Shown here in pieces: positions 26,738-36,232 of a DNA stretch of 64,000 bases. The stretch's first letter is position 1. Every line of letters begins with the position of its first letter. Under the pieces are notes generated by a model. It had not been told where the DNA came from. It worked only from the letters and a program-made list of their open reading frames with translations, and ran no database searches. The stretch is from NCBI GenBank assembly GCA_028875655.1, contig JAPPCX010000085.1:9887-73886 (forward strand). The letters run 5' to 3'. A program made the translations under genes and the position numbers. This DNA comes from Chloroflexota bacterium (lineage in GTDB: Bacteria; Chloroflexota; Dehalococcoidia; Lucifugimonadales; UBA3495).

Positions 26738-28153
26738 TCAGTCCCGACCGGGCCAAACCGGGTCGTGGAATCCTAAAGGCACGGTCGGTCGCACCCAATA
26801 GGGCCGGGTTTCCGACAACTCCAGCGCCGGCGCCAGATGGCTCAACCGACCGGCCGGTACGTCGGTCTCCGTGGACCAATTTTCAATCTCCTGCGGCATG
26901 AATTCGGGGGACACGTGGCGAAGTTTGTCTTCCGGGACCTGGCCCTGGTTCACCAGCCACCGGCCGACCTGGGCCAGCGAGATTCGCACCAGCCAACTGC
27001 CTCCTTCGCGCACTCTGCGAGCCAATGCCAGGGTCGTACCGAAGGCCATCAAGTATCCGGTCAGATAATCAATCGCCGAAACGGGGTAGAACTGCGGGCC
27101 CGGTTCCGCGCCGGGGAACAACTCCCCCTGACGGTGGGTTATGCCGCTTACCGTCTGCACCACGGTGTCAAAGCCCCTGCGCTCGGCCCACGGCCCAACG
27201 CGGCCAAAGGCGGATAGCGACACGCACACGATACCAGGCCGCAGTTGGGCCAGATCCTGCGGAGAAAGACCGCGCTGCGCCAGCGCACCCGGACGGTATC
27301 CCTGGGAAAACACGTCTGCTTCCCGAACCAGCTCTCGCAAAGCCTCTAGGTCATCCGCATCGCGCAAGTCCAGGTGCGTGGACAGCTTACCGTGCCCCGT
27401 ATCAAATTCCTGTATCCCGCTGCTGGGCAGATGCGCGGCGGTAACTTTCAACACGTCCGCCCCGTGTTCCGCCAAAGTACGGGCACAGGTTGGCCCGGCC
27501 AGCACTCGCGTCAAATCCAGGACCCGCACCCCCGACAGGGGCCTGGAACCCTCGGGCAACGGCTCCGGCGGGCTGTCCCCGATCCGGTCAATCTCCAGCA
27601 AGGGCAGCGATGCCACGGCAGCGGACTGCGGATGCTGCGCCCATTCCGCCATGGATCGCACCATCCCGCCGGCTCCCCTGGCGGCGATGATGGCCTCCTC
27701 AAGTTCCAGGGCATCCCACAGGGCCACCGCACGCCTCACTGCATCGCGGTCTTCCGGCACGCCCAGCACACCCAGGGCGGCGTCCCGGTGGTTGGGGAAA
27801 TTGCAGTGGAGGTAGCTCCAACGCCCGTTTTTGGCAGGATACACCCCCATGACCGAAGGGCGTTCCCGAGCCACCGGCGCGCCGCCGAGTTTCAGATACT
27901 GGCCGCTGCGAAGCGACGCCGTCGCCCGCCTCGCATTGATCGCAATCTCCTGACGACGCCCCGTGCGGAGTTCCCAAAGGTCCGACACGGCCAAGCCCAC
28001 GGCCGCCAAGCTGGCCGACGCGGTTTCCCCGATTCGGAAGGGCGTCGGCAATATAGGGTCAACTCCGCCCGAAAACTCGACCTGACGGGATCGTGCATAG
28101 TCCCAACCGGGAATCGCAAGCAGTGTCTCCAGAATGCTTTTTTCCGCCGCCAC
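26738..28153 (-). CDS. Family III CoA-transferase (CaiB/BaiF)
   Basis: GVRVLDLTRVLAGPTCARTLAEHGADVLKV and a downstream Asp-containing core typical of the family. Confidence 0.85.
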   Translation of the reverse strand: MAAEKSILETLLAIPGWDYARSRQVEFSGGVDPILPTPFRIGETASASLAAVGLAVSDLWELRTGRRQEIAINARRATASLRSGQYLKLGGAPVARERPSVMGVYPAKNGRWSYLHCNFPNHRDAALGVLGVPEDRDAVRRAVALWDALELEEAIIAARGAGGMVRSMAEWAQHPQSAAVASLPLLEIDRIGDSPPEPLPEGSRPLSGVRVLDLTRVLAGPTCARTLAEHGADVLKVTAAHLPSSGIQEFDTGHGKLSTHLDLRDADDLEALRELVREADVFSQGYRPGALAQRGLSPQDLAQLRPGIVCVSLSAFGRVGPWAERRGFDTVVQTVSGITHRQGELFPGAEPGPQFYPVSAIDYLTGYLMAFGTTLALARRVREGGSWLVRISLAQVGRWLVNQGQVPEDKLRHVSPEFMPQEIENWSTETDVPAGRLSHLAPALELSETRPYWVRPTVPLGFHDPVWPGRD

Positions 28154-28223
28154 ATTCGCTCCTTGCCGATCGTCGCGTTTGAACTCTTCCGTTATACCGT
28201 CGTGAGATAGTACAGGAACTTCT

Positions 28224-28253
28224 TTGCCGATTCAATTTGCCCGCATGTACAAT
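28224..28253 (+). promoter_or_regulatory. Candidate sigma70-type promoter of the Asp23 operon
   Basis: TTGCCG, an 18-nt spacer, then TACAAT, about 75 nt upstream of the Asp23 ATG. AGGAGG SD at 28317-28322. Confidence 0.4.
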
Positions 28254-28328
28254 CGTGATACCATACACCAATAGGAAATTCCAGCGGCGACCGATCTCGC
28301 CGCGAATTCGGAAAACAGGAGGATACTA

Positions 28329-28775
28329 ATGGCAAACGGCGAAATTGTGGCTGCGGAAATTTTCCATCCCGACGCATTTCCATTCTCTACCGACAACCCC
28401 AGCGGCGTGCCCGGCGACACGAAGATTGAGCCCAACGTGGTCGCCGCCATCGTGGGGCATGTGGTTGGCGCCGTGTCCGGCGTGGACCGACTGGGGAATC
28501 CCGGCGGCATCCTGCGGGCAGTAGCCGACACGGTACGCTCCCCAGCCTCGGCCCGGGCGCAGGGCGTCGGAGTTGAAGCCGGCCAGAAAGAAGCCATCAT
28601 CGACCTGGACGTGGTCATGGTGTATGGCCACCGGATTCCCAGCGTGGTGCAGGAAATCCGCGAGACCGTAGCTCAGGAGCTTTTCGATCAGATTGGCCTG
28701 GTCGCCAAGGAAATCAACGTGGGCGTGGTTGGGATCGAATTCCCGCCCAACGCCCCGTCCCGCGGCGTGCTCTAG
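28329..28775 (+). CDS. Asp23/Gls24 family envelope stress protein
   Basis: IEPNVVAAIVGHVVGAVSGVDRLG and the overall Asp23 pattern. Confidence 0.85.
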   Translation: MANGEIVAAEIFHPDAFPFSTDNPSGVPGDTKIEPNVVAAIVGHVVGAVSGVDRLGNPGGILRAVADTVRSPASARAQGVGVEAGQKEAIIDLDVVMVYGHRIPSVVQEIRETVAQELFDQIGLVAKEINVGVVGIEFPPNAPSRGVL

Positions 28776-28795
28776 CCGCCCTTGAAGCGCCATAT

Positions 28796-29374
28796 ATGAA
28801 TGCCTTTAACGGCTTTCTGGTGACATTGGGCGCCCTGGCGTGCATCGCCGTCGGGGTGCTCATTTTACTGGTGGTTACCGATACCCTGGCCTCACAGGCC
28901 GTTCCCGTATCCCCGCTCCGGCAGCAACTCACCATCATGGCTCAGGATACCGGCGGCGCGTGGTGGCGGGATGTCGGCATCGCCCTGGGTTTCATTGTCG
29001 TTGGTATGATCGTGCTGGCATTGGAGGCCAGGTTGGTGACCCGCACCGCCGCCCCCGGCATGGTGTTGGTCAGTTCCGAGTCCAACGGATCGGTTCGTAT
29101 GTCCATTGACAGCATAGTACAGTTGGCCCAGCGCACCGCCCAGAGCAACCGGGAGGTGCGCAGCATGCGCTGCCGCGTCCGCGTTACGGCGGCTGGCCTT
29201 GTGATCGAATGCGCGGCCGGCCTGCGCATGGGAGCAGACGTTCCGGCGGTGACCGCCGAAATTCAGCAAGACGTCCGCGAGGTGATCGAGCGCCTGACCA
29301 GCCTCCAGGTCATCGACGTTCCGGTTCGCGCCCGTTACCAAGGCGACCGCGACCAATCGGTATTAACGAGGTGA
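28796..29374 (+). CDS. AmaP-like membrane anchor protein (Asp23 operon)
   Basis: Two N-terminal TM helices, about 190 aa, immediately downstream of Asp23. Confidence 0.5.
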   Translation: MNAFNGFLVTLGALACIAVGVLILLVVTDTLASQAVPVSPLRQQLTIMAQDTGGAWWRDVGIALGFIVVGMIVLALEARLVTRTAAPGMVLVSSESNGSVRMSIDSIVQLAQRTAQSNREVRSMRCRVRVTAAGLVIECAAGLRMGADVPAVTAEIQQDVREVIERLTSLQVIDVPVRARYQGDRDQSVLTR

Positions 29375-29378
29375 TCCG

Positions 29379-29600
29379 ATGCCCGGCTTGATAGTTTCCG
29401 GTCTGTTGGGTGGGCTAATTTTCGGCGTCATCCTGGTTTGGCAGGGCGCGGGCGCGGCCGGGCTCGTCCTCCTTTTCACATTGATCGGTTTGCTGATCGG
29501 CTTCGTGATGTGGTTGGGCTGGCGACTTTCCACCGGCCAGGTGGATTTACAAACCCTCAGGGCGTTGATCGACGTCATATTCCTGAATCGAAATCGTTAG
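29379..29600 (+). CDS. DUF2273-like small membrane protein
   Basis: 73 aa with two Gly-rich TM helices, in the usual third position of Asp23 operons. Confidence 0.6.
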   Translation: MPGLIVSGLLGGLIFGVILVWQGAGAAGLVLLFTLIGLLIGFVMWLGWRLSTGQVDLQTLRALIDVIFLNRNR

Positions 29601-29707
29601 CCGGCAAATTCTCGTTGCCAATGGCCGGCGTTGACGCTCTTCCGGTCACGGTGCTACATTGGCGACTACGAAACGGGGTAGATAACCGCAGCCAGGGAGG
29701 GATGGAA

Positions 29708-30832
29708 ATGGCCAAGATGGACTTTGGACTGTTCACCACTTGGAACGCCGTGTACGAGGGTGGCAAGGTTCCCTGGGACCCTGAATATGCCGGCGGCAAG
29801 CTCCTGGAAGCCGAAGCCTACAAGCAGAACTTCAAGGAGATCGATCACATCGAGGACGCGGGCTGGGACTATGTCTGGTTCGGGGGAGGCCACTTCTCCA
29901 CCCAGGGCAGCATGGACCCGCAGTCCCTGATGCTGTCCGCCGTCATCGCCAACCACACCGAGAACATCAGGATTGGCACCTCGATTCATCGTCCGACCCT
30001 GCGATTGCCCGGCGAAACCGTATCGGAGCGGGCGTTGCCCCACGAGAGGTACGCCTTCGACAACCTCCAGTTGGAAGACCCATTCCAGGTGGCGGAACAG
30101 GTAGCTATAGTGGACCAGGTCAGCGAAGGCCGGTTCATTTACGGCCCGGGGGCTCGGACTCGCGGTTCCGACGAGCGGCGGGAGTACTTCTACGAGTACC
30201 TCGAGCTCCTCAAGCAGCTCTGGGACGAAGACCATTTTTCCGGGTTCGAGGGCAAGTATTTCAACTATCCGGCCTTCTACGAGAACTACATGAGCATTCC
30301 CAAGCCGGTGCAGAAGCCGATGCCCATGCTGCTTCCCGTGGACAGCCAGGAGAGCTTCGTGCCCATGGGAGAGCGTGGCTATCGCATCGCCATCGGCGCC
30401 GGCAGTTCCCCGCATAACCTGCGCGGCTCCGCCATACTCCGTCAAGACGTTCAGGATTACCGCAAGGCGTACATCGACGCCGGGCATGAGGGTGATCCCA
30501 CCACGGTGGTGCGCGTGCCCACTCTCGTCGCCGACACCCAAGAAAAGGCCGACCGCAGGGTCGAAGACCTCATGAACCTCGCTCGCATCTACTACGCGGG
30601 CCGTGTCGCCATTGGCAGCACCGACGCCGGCAGCGCCGGACCCGACGCCACCGAGGAGGTTAACCTCTTCGGCACGCCGGCGGAGGTGGTCGAGAAGATC
30701 CACATGTTCCGGGAGGCCTTCACCACCGACGAGATCATGTTCGAGTGCAACTGGACTTCTTCGGTGCCGCGCGAGGTGGTCATGGAAACCCTGAAGTGTC
30801 TTTCTGAGGATGTGATTCCGCACTTCAAGTAG
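29708..30832 (+). CDS. LLM-class (luciferase-like) flavin-dependent oxidoreductase
   Basis: MAKMDFGLFTTW..., a TIM-barrel LLM pattern and a C-terminus ending PHFK. The start could be 29702 or 29708 (GGGAGGG upstream). The track ORF start at 29438 is a 5' extension. Confidence 0.85.
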   Translation: MAKMDFGLFTTWNAVYEGGKVPWDPEYAGGKLLEAEAYKQNFKEIDHIEDAGWDYVWFGGGHFSTQGSMDPQSLMLSAVIANHTENIRIGTSIHRPTLRLPGETVSERALPHERYAFDNLQLEDPFQVAEQVAIVDQVSEGRFIYGPGARTRGSDERREYFYEYLELLKQLWDEDHFSGFEGKYFNYPAFYENYMSIPKPVQKPMPMLLPVDSQESFVPMGERGYRIAIGAGSSPHNLRGSAILRQDVQDYRKAYIDAGHEGDPTTVVRVPTLVADTQEKADRRVEDLMNLARIYYAGRVAIGSTDAGSAGPDATEEVNLFGTPAEVVEKIHMFREAFTTDEIMFECNWTSSVPREVVMETLKCLSEDVIPHFK

Positions 30833-30871
30833 GCTGTCACCGGCCACGCTCAAAGCGTGTCTCGGTAATGT

Positions 30872-31534
30872 TCACGGGGTTCCCCTCTGCGGTGAGTGTA
30901 AGCCGCAGCAACTGGAACCCCGTTCCGTACTGTTGTTACCATCGCTACGATCCTTCAATAGCCGCCAACTGATAAGGCACAAACAGCCATAGAGGATCCC
31001 CTCTGCGAAACGTTGCAGCAAACCTCGCCATTGAGCGAAGTCAGGTACCAACGCAAATGAGTAGAGCGTAATAAAGGTTGCGGCCAACACCAACCAGGCC
31101 ACTCGCCGTACTGCCGAGAGTCTGCTGTTGCAGGACAGCAAAACCAACCCGAGCGTGGTCATGACGAGCGTGATTGCGGACAGGAAATTGTGCGCATTCT
31201 GGGTAAAACTGCCCATCGTAGGACACCCCAAATCGCAGGGCGCAAAAGCCGAGCCAGCATAGGCCACCGGTTCAGCAATAAGCAACCAACAGCCGACTTT
31301 ACTGATACCGTTCAATCTTGCGCGTGGCGCGACCGCCAGCAGCAACAAGAGGCCGAGCAAACCCAAGGGGAGAAACCCCAGGTAGCCTATCTGCCAACTC
31401 CAGTCCGAACCAGTAGCATTGAGCTCGCTGATGTATTGGCTAACGTGGCTGTATTCAGCCTTCAGCGCCGCGCCGCCAAAAAGCACAAAAGGATAGTAAA
31501 CGGCAAGACCGACGATGAGCCAGCGCCAACTCAT
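30872..31534 (-). CDS. DUF998-like integral membrane protein
   Basis: Six predicted TM helices and the EYSHVSQYISELNATGS motif. The start overlaps the Uma2 stop by 1 nt (TGATG). Confidence 0.6.
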   Translation of the reverse strand: MSWRWLIVGLAVYYPFVLFGGAALKAEYSHVSQYISELNATGSDWSWQIGYLGFLPLGLLGLLLLLAVAPRARLNGISKVGCWLLIAEPVAYAGSAFAPCDLGCPTMGSFTQNAHNFLSAITLVMTTLGLVLLSCNSRLSAVRRVAWLVLAATFITLYSFALVPDFAQWRGLLQRFAEGILYGCLCLISWRLLKDRSDGNNSTERGSSCCGLHSPQRGTP

Positions 31535-32214
31535 CAGCCAACGGCCGGAATAAAGTCGGCCACCGCCAGCACAGCGTCGGGGAACGCCTGCGGACTTATA
31601 GCGCCGTCCAGCGGAACAACGCGGACGTTGGCGTAGGCCGTCCCTTCAGGCTCAGTGTTGACCACCAACTCCCCGGTCCGCAGGTTGGCAACCCACACTT
31701 CCGGTATTCCGGCAGCGGCGTAGCGGGCCAACTTTTCGCCCAAGTCAAACTCCAGCGAACTGTCGGCAACTTCAACCAGCAAATACACGTCGGACGGCAG
31801 AACCGGCCCGATCTCGTTGATGGAACCTCGCCGAATGACGGCGATGTCCGGCTGGGGTGCGCTGACGTCGTCCAGCTGGATGGAACCCTGCACACGAACC
31901 ATAGCCCTATCTCCCAGGGCAACGCGCATCAGGTCAGCCAACCAGTCAACGCTGTTCAGGTGTCGGTTGCCAATGGGCACCATTTGGATTATCACTCCGT
32001 CCAGCAGTTCAACACGTTCTTCTTTCGCCAAAATGCCGGCGGCACCCAGGGCCAAGTACTCGTCCACCGTGAAACGCCGGCTTGCATCCTCCGGCACAAT
32101 CCCGCAAGCGACCATCGCCTCCCTCTCGGCGGCGTTGAATTGGCGTAGCGCCCGGGTATGCGTCGTTGTCATGACGTTCTCCAGAGATGCAGGCGATGAA
32201 CGGGCCAACGGCAT
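31534..32214 (-). CDS. Uma2-family (DUF820) putative endonuclease
   Basis: FTVDEYLALGAAGILAKEERVELLDGVIIQMVPIGNRH ... PDIAVI ... LLVEVADSS matches the Uma2 PD-(D/E)XK-like pattern. Confidence 0.8.
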   Translation of the reverse strand: MPLARSSPASLENVMTTTHTRALRQFNAAEREAMVACGIVPEDASRRFTVDEYLALGAAGILAKEERVELLDGVIIQMVPIGNRHLNSVDWLADLMRVALGDRAMVRVQGSIQLDDVSAPQPDIAVIRRGSINEIGPVLPSDVYLLVEVADSSLEFDLGEKLARYAAAGIPEVWVANLRTGELVVNTEPEGTAYANVRVVPLDGAISPQAFPDAVLAVADFIPAVG

Positions 32215-32308
32215 TGTACCATCGACGTAGCTCGGTTACGGGACTTACCAGGCAATGAGCGCATTGTGCTAAACTACGGCCATCACCACTCCACGGAGTA
32301 TTGACGCC

Positions 32309-33436
32309 ATGACTACAACTACCAAAGACCCCATCCTCGTCGTCATCCAGCTGACGGGCGGCAACGACTACCTTAACACCGTCATTCCTTACGACGACGG
32401 CCGCTACCACGACAGCCGGCCCACCGTCGGCATCCACGCCGACCGGGCGCTGCCCATCGACGATACCTACGGGTTTAATCCGGCCCTGCCGGAGATCAAG
32501 GCCCTGTACGACGCCGGCAAGGTCGCAGTCATCAACGGCGTTGGCTACCCGACGCCCAACCGTTCCCATTTCCGCAGCATGGACATCTGGCATACCTGCG
32601 AACCGGAAAAGGTAGGCACTGAGGGGTGGCTGGGCCGCGTCATACGCGACATCGACCCGCACGCCGAGAACGTGCTAACCGGAGTGAACTTCGGCCGCGG
32701 CCTGCCTCGGGCCATGGCCCTTTCCGGTGTGCCCGTGGCCTCAGTGGCCGTGCTGGAGACCTACGGCGTCCTCACCGGAATCCAGGGCGAGCCGGAACGC
32801 GGACAGGCTCTCGACATCTTCGCCCGCATGTATTCGCCCACCGTCGGCCTGGGGGCGACTATGGACTACCTGGGTCAGACGGGACTCGATGCCCTCAAGG
32901 GCGCTGACATACTCAAGGCCGCCCCCGACATGTACACGTCGTCCGTGGAGTACGCCGACACCGGCATCGCGAAGAACCTCCAGGGCATCGCCAAGGTGCT
33001 TACCGCCAATCTGGGCACGCGCGTCTTCTACACGCAGCAGGGCGGCTACGACACCCACGCCAGCGAGGCCGACGTCCATCCCAAGCTGCTGGGCGACCTG
33101 AGCCGCGCCGTCAGCGACTTCTACGCCGACCTGCGCGAACACGACGCCGCCGACAACGTGGTGATGTTCGCCTTCACCGAGTTTGGCCGGCGCGTCAAGG
33201 ACAACGGCAGCGGCACTGACCACGGCAGCGGGGGCGTGGCCTTCGCCATCGGCGACCCGGTGCGTGGCGGCATGTATGGCGCCTACCCGTCCCTGGCCGA
33301 GGGCGATCTCGTCGAGGGCGACCTCGCGTTCAACACTGACTTTCGCGGCGTGTACGGCACCCTGGTGGAGCAGTGGCTCGGTCTGGACGCCAAGCCGGTG
33401 GTGGGCGGGAGTTTCGAGCAGCCGGAGTTCGTGTAG
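32309..33436 (+). CDS. DUF1501 domain protein (sulfatase-superfamily)
   Basis: ILVVIQLTGGNDYLNTVIPY and GSGTDHGSGG motifs. No obvious Tat or Sec signal at this start. Confidence 0.85.
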   Translation: MTTTTKDPILVVIQLTGGNDYLNTVIPYDDGRYHDSRPTVGIHADRALPIDDTYGFNPALPEIKALYDAGKVAVINGVGYPTPNRSHFRSMDIWHTCEPEKVGTEGWLGRVIRDIDPHAENVLTGVNFGRGLPRAMALSGVPVASVAVLETYGVLTGIQGEPERGQALDIFARMYSPTVGLGATMDYLGQTGLDALKGADILKAAPDMYTSSVEYADTGIAKNLQGIAKVLTANLGTRVFYTQQGGYDTHASEADVHPKLLGDLSRAVSDFYADLREHDAADNVVMFAFTEFGRRVKDNGSGTDHGSGGVAFAIGDPVRGGMYGAYPSLAEGDLVEGDLAFNTDFRGVYGTLVEQWLGLDAKPVVGGSFEQPEFV

Positions 33437-33446
33437 GGTGGTTGTA

Positions 33447-34616
33447 ATGAGGTCCGACACCAACGGCAACCATCTCGCCGCGCCATCACCCGGCGCGGCT
33501 ATCTATGTTGATACGGAGAACCTACCTGCGGGATTCCGACCACGCGCAGAACATCGTCGCTCAGATCATCGCAGACTGGCCCGGCCCCCTCCCATTGGGC
33601 AGCGTATCTCTATACGTGCGGGCCGACAAAGTCGCGGTATGGGAAATGTGGGCCGAATCGTCGTACCCAGATTTGCGGGTACGAGTGCGCGGCGTCCAGC
33701 ACTTCAGCAACCACAAGGCCAAGAATTCAGCGGACCTGGCCATCACCGCCGACGCCGTGGCCGACCTGGTCACCGGCCAAGCCGCAGCCGTCGCCGTGGT
33801 CAGCAACGATAGCGACTTCGGCGCGCTGTTCGTGAAGATAAAAGAAATGGCACACTCCGCCGGCCTGGAGGACACGCCGTTCCTCTGGATCACATCCCCA
33901 GACGCCGGGGCGCTGTCGCCGGAAATGGAGCGGTTCATCCCCGACGGGATGCGCTGGGACTTGTCCGCCGCCCTCCCTACGCCGGCTGCTGAGGTGGTTC
34001 ATCCGGAACCTCAGCCATTGCCCAAGCCGGTCCAGCCGGCTGCGCTGGCCTCGGCCTCCGCCTTCGGCAAGTCCGACACGGATAACGAAGCCATTGCCGA
34101 GGAGTTGATACGGCAATTGCCTGTCGGCAGGTTCAAAGCGGCCGACGCGCAGAAAATCGTCAAAAAGCGTTGGTCAAAACACCCGGCGGCCTCCGGCGAC
34201 ACGGCCCAGTTTGGACAGTTCCTGGGTAAAGAAGTCTGGCCGGCCCTGAAAGAGCGCGGCGTAACCATGCCCGGCAGAAGCTCACCGCGCACCTACGAAA
34301 TCACTCAGGCCGCCAAGGAATCCATCGCCAAACCGCAGCCCCAATCCGCAAGCCAGAGCAAAGCGAACGCTGACTCCACTCCGTCGCCACTGGCATCACT
34401 GACGACCTGTTCAAAGCGTCCGATGCTCAGAATGCCCTGAAACAACTCCAGCCCCAACATCCGGCCGCGTCCTACACTGCCGCGCAGTTCGGCACGTGGT
34501 TCGCCCGGCAACTCTGGCCAGTCATGGAACAGCATGGTGTCGTCCTGGCCAACGACAAGCCACGCCGCTACGAAATGACCCCCGACGCGCGGCATCGCCT
34601 CACCGAGTTGGGCTAG
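33447..34616 (+). pseudogene. NYN-domain (LabA-like) gene with two apparent frameshifts and a duplicated C-terminal domain
   Basis: The NYN N-terminus AAIYVDTENL is in the frame of ATG 33447. The rest of the NYN domain (NSADLAITADAVADL...VVSNDSDFGALFVKIKEM) is in the +1 frame (track ORF 33505-34440). A second copy of the C-terminal domain is back in the first frame, up to the TAG at 34614-34616. Confidence 0.6.
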
Positions 34617-34631
34617 CGCACGCTTTCCGGC

Positions 34632-34654
34632 GATTCCCGCTTTCGCTGGAATCC
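34632..34654. repeat. Degenerate family A repeat copy (GATTCCCGCTTTCGCTGGAATCC)
   Basis: Hairpin core of family A without the GTCATT extension, in an intergenic region. Confidence 0.7.
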
Positions 34655-34769
34655 AGGCACGAAATTTTGGTGACACCTGCCCGTTGACGCAGGGCAACAG
34701 TGTGAATGAACATACGTTCTCCAACGCCGGCAATTCCCATACCGCGCCGCCGGCCAGGAGCGAACGACT

Positions 34770-36197
34770 ATGCTCATCAAAAGTACCCCCGACCGCTACG
34801 ACAAGCTGCAAATCCTCGGCGGCATGGCTGCCTCCGACGACATCCTAACCGCCGGCAAAGCCGACCGCGGCGGCCACTCCCTCAGCGGCAAGTTCGCCGC
34901 CGGTTCCATCGGGAGCGGCAGAAACCGCGTCGCCTACTCCGACCCGCGCAAGAACCCCGCGCCGGGCATCTACAAGGCCAGCCTGCCCAACGGCAAGAAG
35001 ATCAACCTGATGCGGGTCATGTTCACTGATTTCTGCAAGATGGACTGCGCCTACTGCCCCAACAGCATCTACGTGCCGCGCAAACGCTACGCCTTCAAGC
35101 GCGAGGAACTGGCCGATACCTTCGCGGAACTGCACCAACGCCTGGCCGTGGACGGCCTGTTCCTCAGCTCCGGCATCGCAGGCGACGGGACGAAGACCAC
35201 CCAGCGCATGGTGGAAACCGTCGAGATCATCCGCAAAAAGCACGGCTTCAGGGGCTACATCCACCTCAAGGTCATGCCCGGCGCATCCCGTGAACTCGTC
35301 GAACGCGCCCACCGGCTCGGCAGCCGCCTGTCCGTCAACATCGAAACGCCGGAACCCGACATGATGCGCCGCATCAGCCCCCACAAGGACTTGCAGAAAG
35401 ACATCCTGGACCCCATGGCCTGGATCAACGACCTGACCCGCGAAACCAGCGGCGGCGCGGTGGGGCAGGCAACGCAGTTCGTAGTCGGCGCGGCCGACGA
35501 GTCCGACCGCCAGATCTACCACCGCGTTGACCAGATGTACACCGACTGGAACCTCAAGCGCGTCTATTACCCGCCCTTCCGTCCGGCTCGGCACACGCCC
35601 ATGGAGGAAAAGCCACCGGTCCACGCCGGCCGCGAGCATCGCCTCTACCAGATGGACTGGTTACGCCGGGTCTATAACTTCGCCTCATATGAGATAGATC
35701 TCGCCTTCGACCACGGCGGTTTCCTCTCCCTGGAGCAGGATCCCAAGACGGTCATCGCCATGGAGAACCTGGACGCCTTCCCCATCGACCTGAACGCCGC
35801 CAGCCGGGACCAGTTGCTGCGGATCCCCGGCATCGGGCCAGTGTCCGCCGGCCGCATCCTGGAGAACCGCCGTCGGCACAGCATCGACAACTGGCGCGAT
35901 TTGCAGGCCATGGGCGTGGTCCGCAAGCGGGCCTGGCCTTACGTGGTGTTCCCCGGACAGCGTCCGCCCTCGGGCAAGCAGTTGCGCCTGGACCTGTTCG
36001 GCGAGGCCAGCGACCGCCGCGCCGCGGAGGCCGCTGGCGTTACACTGCCACCGCCCAAGTCGGGAAAGCTGTCCAGCATCATGGAACCCCCGGCGACGTA
36101 CAACGCCGGGGGAACATACGACGGTCACGAGTGCATCCCCGGCAGCCGTGGGGCGATGTGCGCGGGGTGCCCCATCAACCCGGCGTCGGCTTCCTGA
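34770..36197 (+). CDS. Radical SAM protein with a C-terminal helix-hairpin-helix (putative DNA modification/repair radical SAM family)
   Basis: CxxxCxxC motif FCKMDCAYCPNS, plus HhH LNAASRDQLLRIPGIGPVSAGRILENRR. The overall layout resembles TIGR03916-type proteins. Confidence 0.8.
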   Translation: MLIKSTPDRYDKLQILGGMAASDDILTAGKADRGGHSLSGKFAAGSIGSGRNRVAYSDPRKNPAPGIYKASLPNGKKINLMRVMFTDFCKMDCAYCPNSIYVPRKRYAFKREELADTFAELHQRLAVDGLFLSSGIAGDGTKTTQRMVETVEIIRKKHGFRGYIHLKVMPGASRELVERAHRLGSRLSVNIETPEPDMMRRISPHKDLQKDILDPMAWINDLTRETSGGAVGQATQFVVGAADESDRQIYHRVDQMYTDWNLKRVYYPPFRPARHTPMEEKPPVHAGREHRLYQMDWLRRVYNFASYEIDLAFDHGGFLSLEQDPKTVIAMENLDAFPIDLNAASRDQLLRIPGIGPVSAGRILENRRRHSIDNWRDLQAMGVVRKRAWPYVVFPGQRPPSGKQLRLDLFGEASDRRAAEAAGVTLPPPKSGKLSSIMEPPATYNAGGTYDGHECIPGSRGAMCAGCPINPASAS

Positions 36198-36232
36198 TAC
36201 CGGTTGCCCGGTGCGCTAGTACCGGGCATCAT

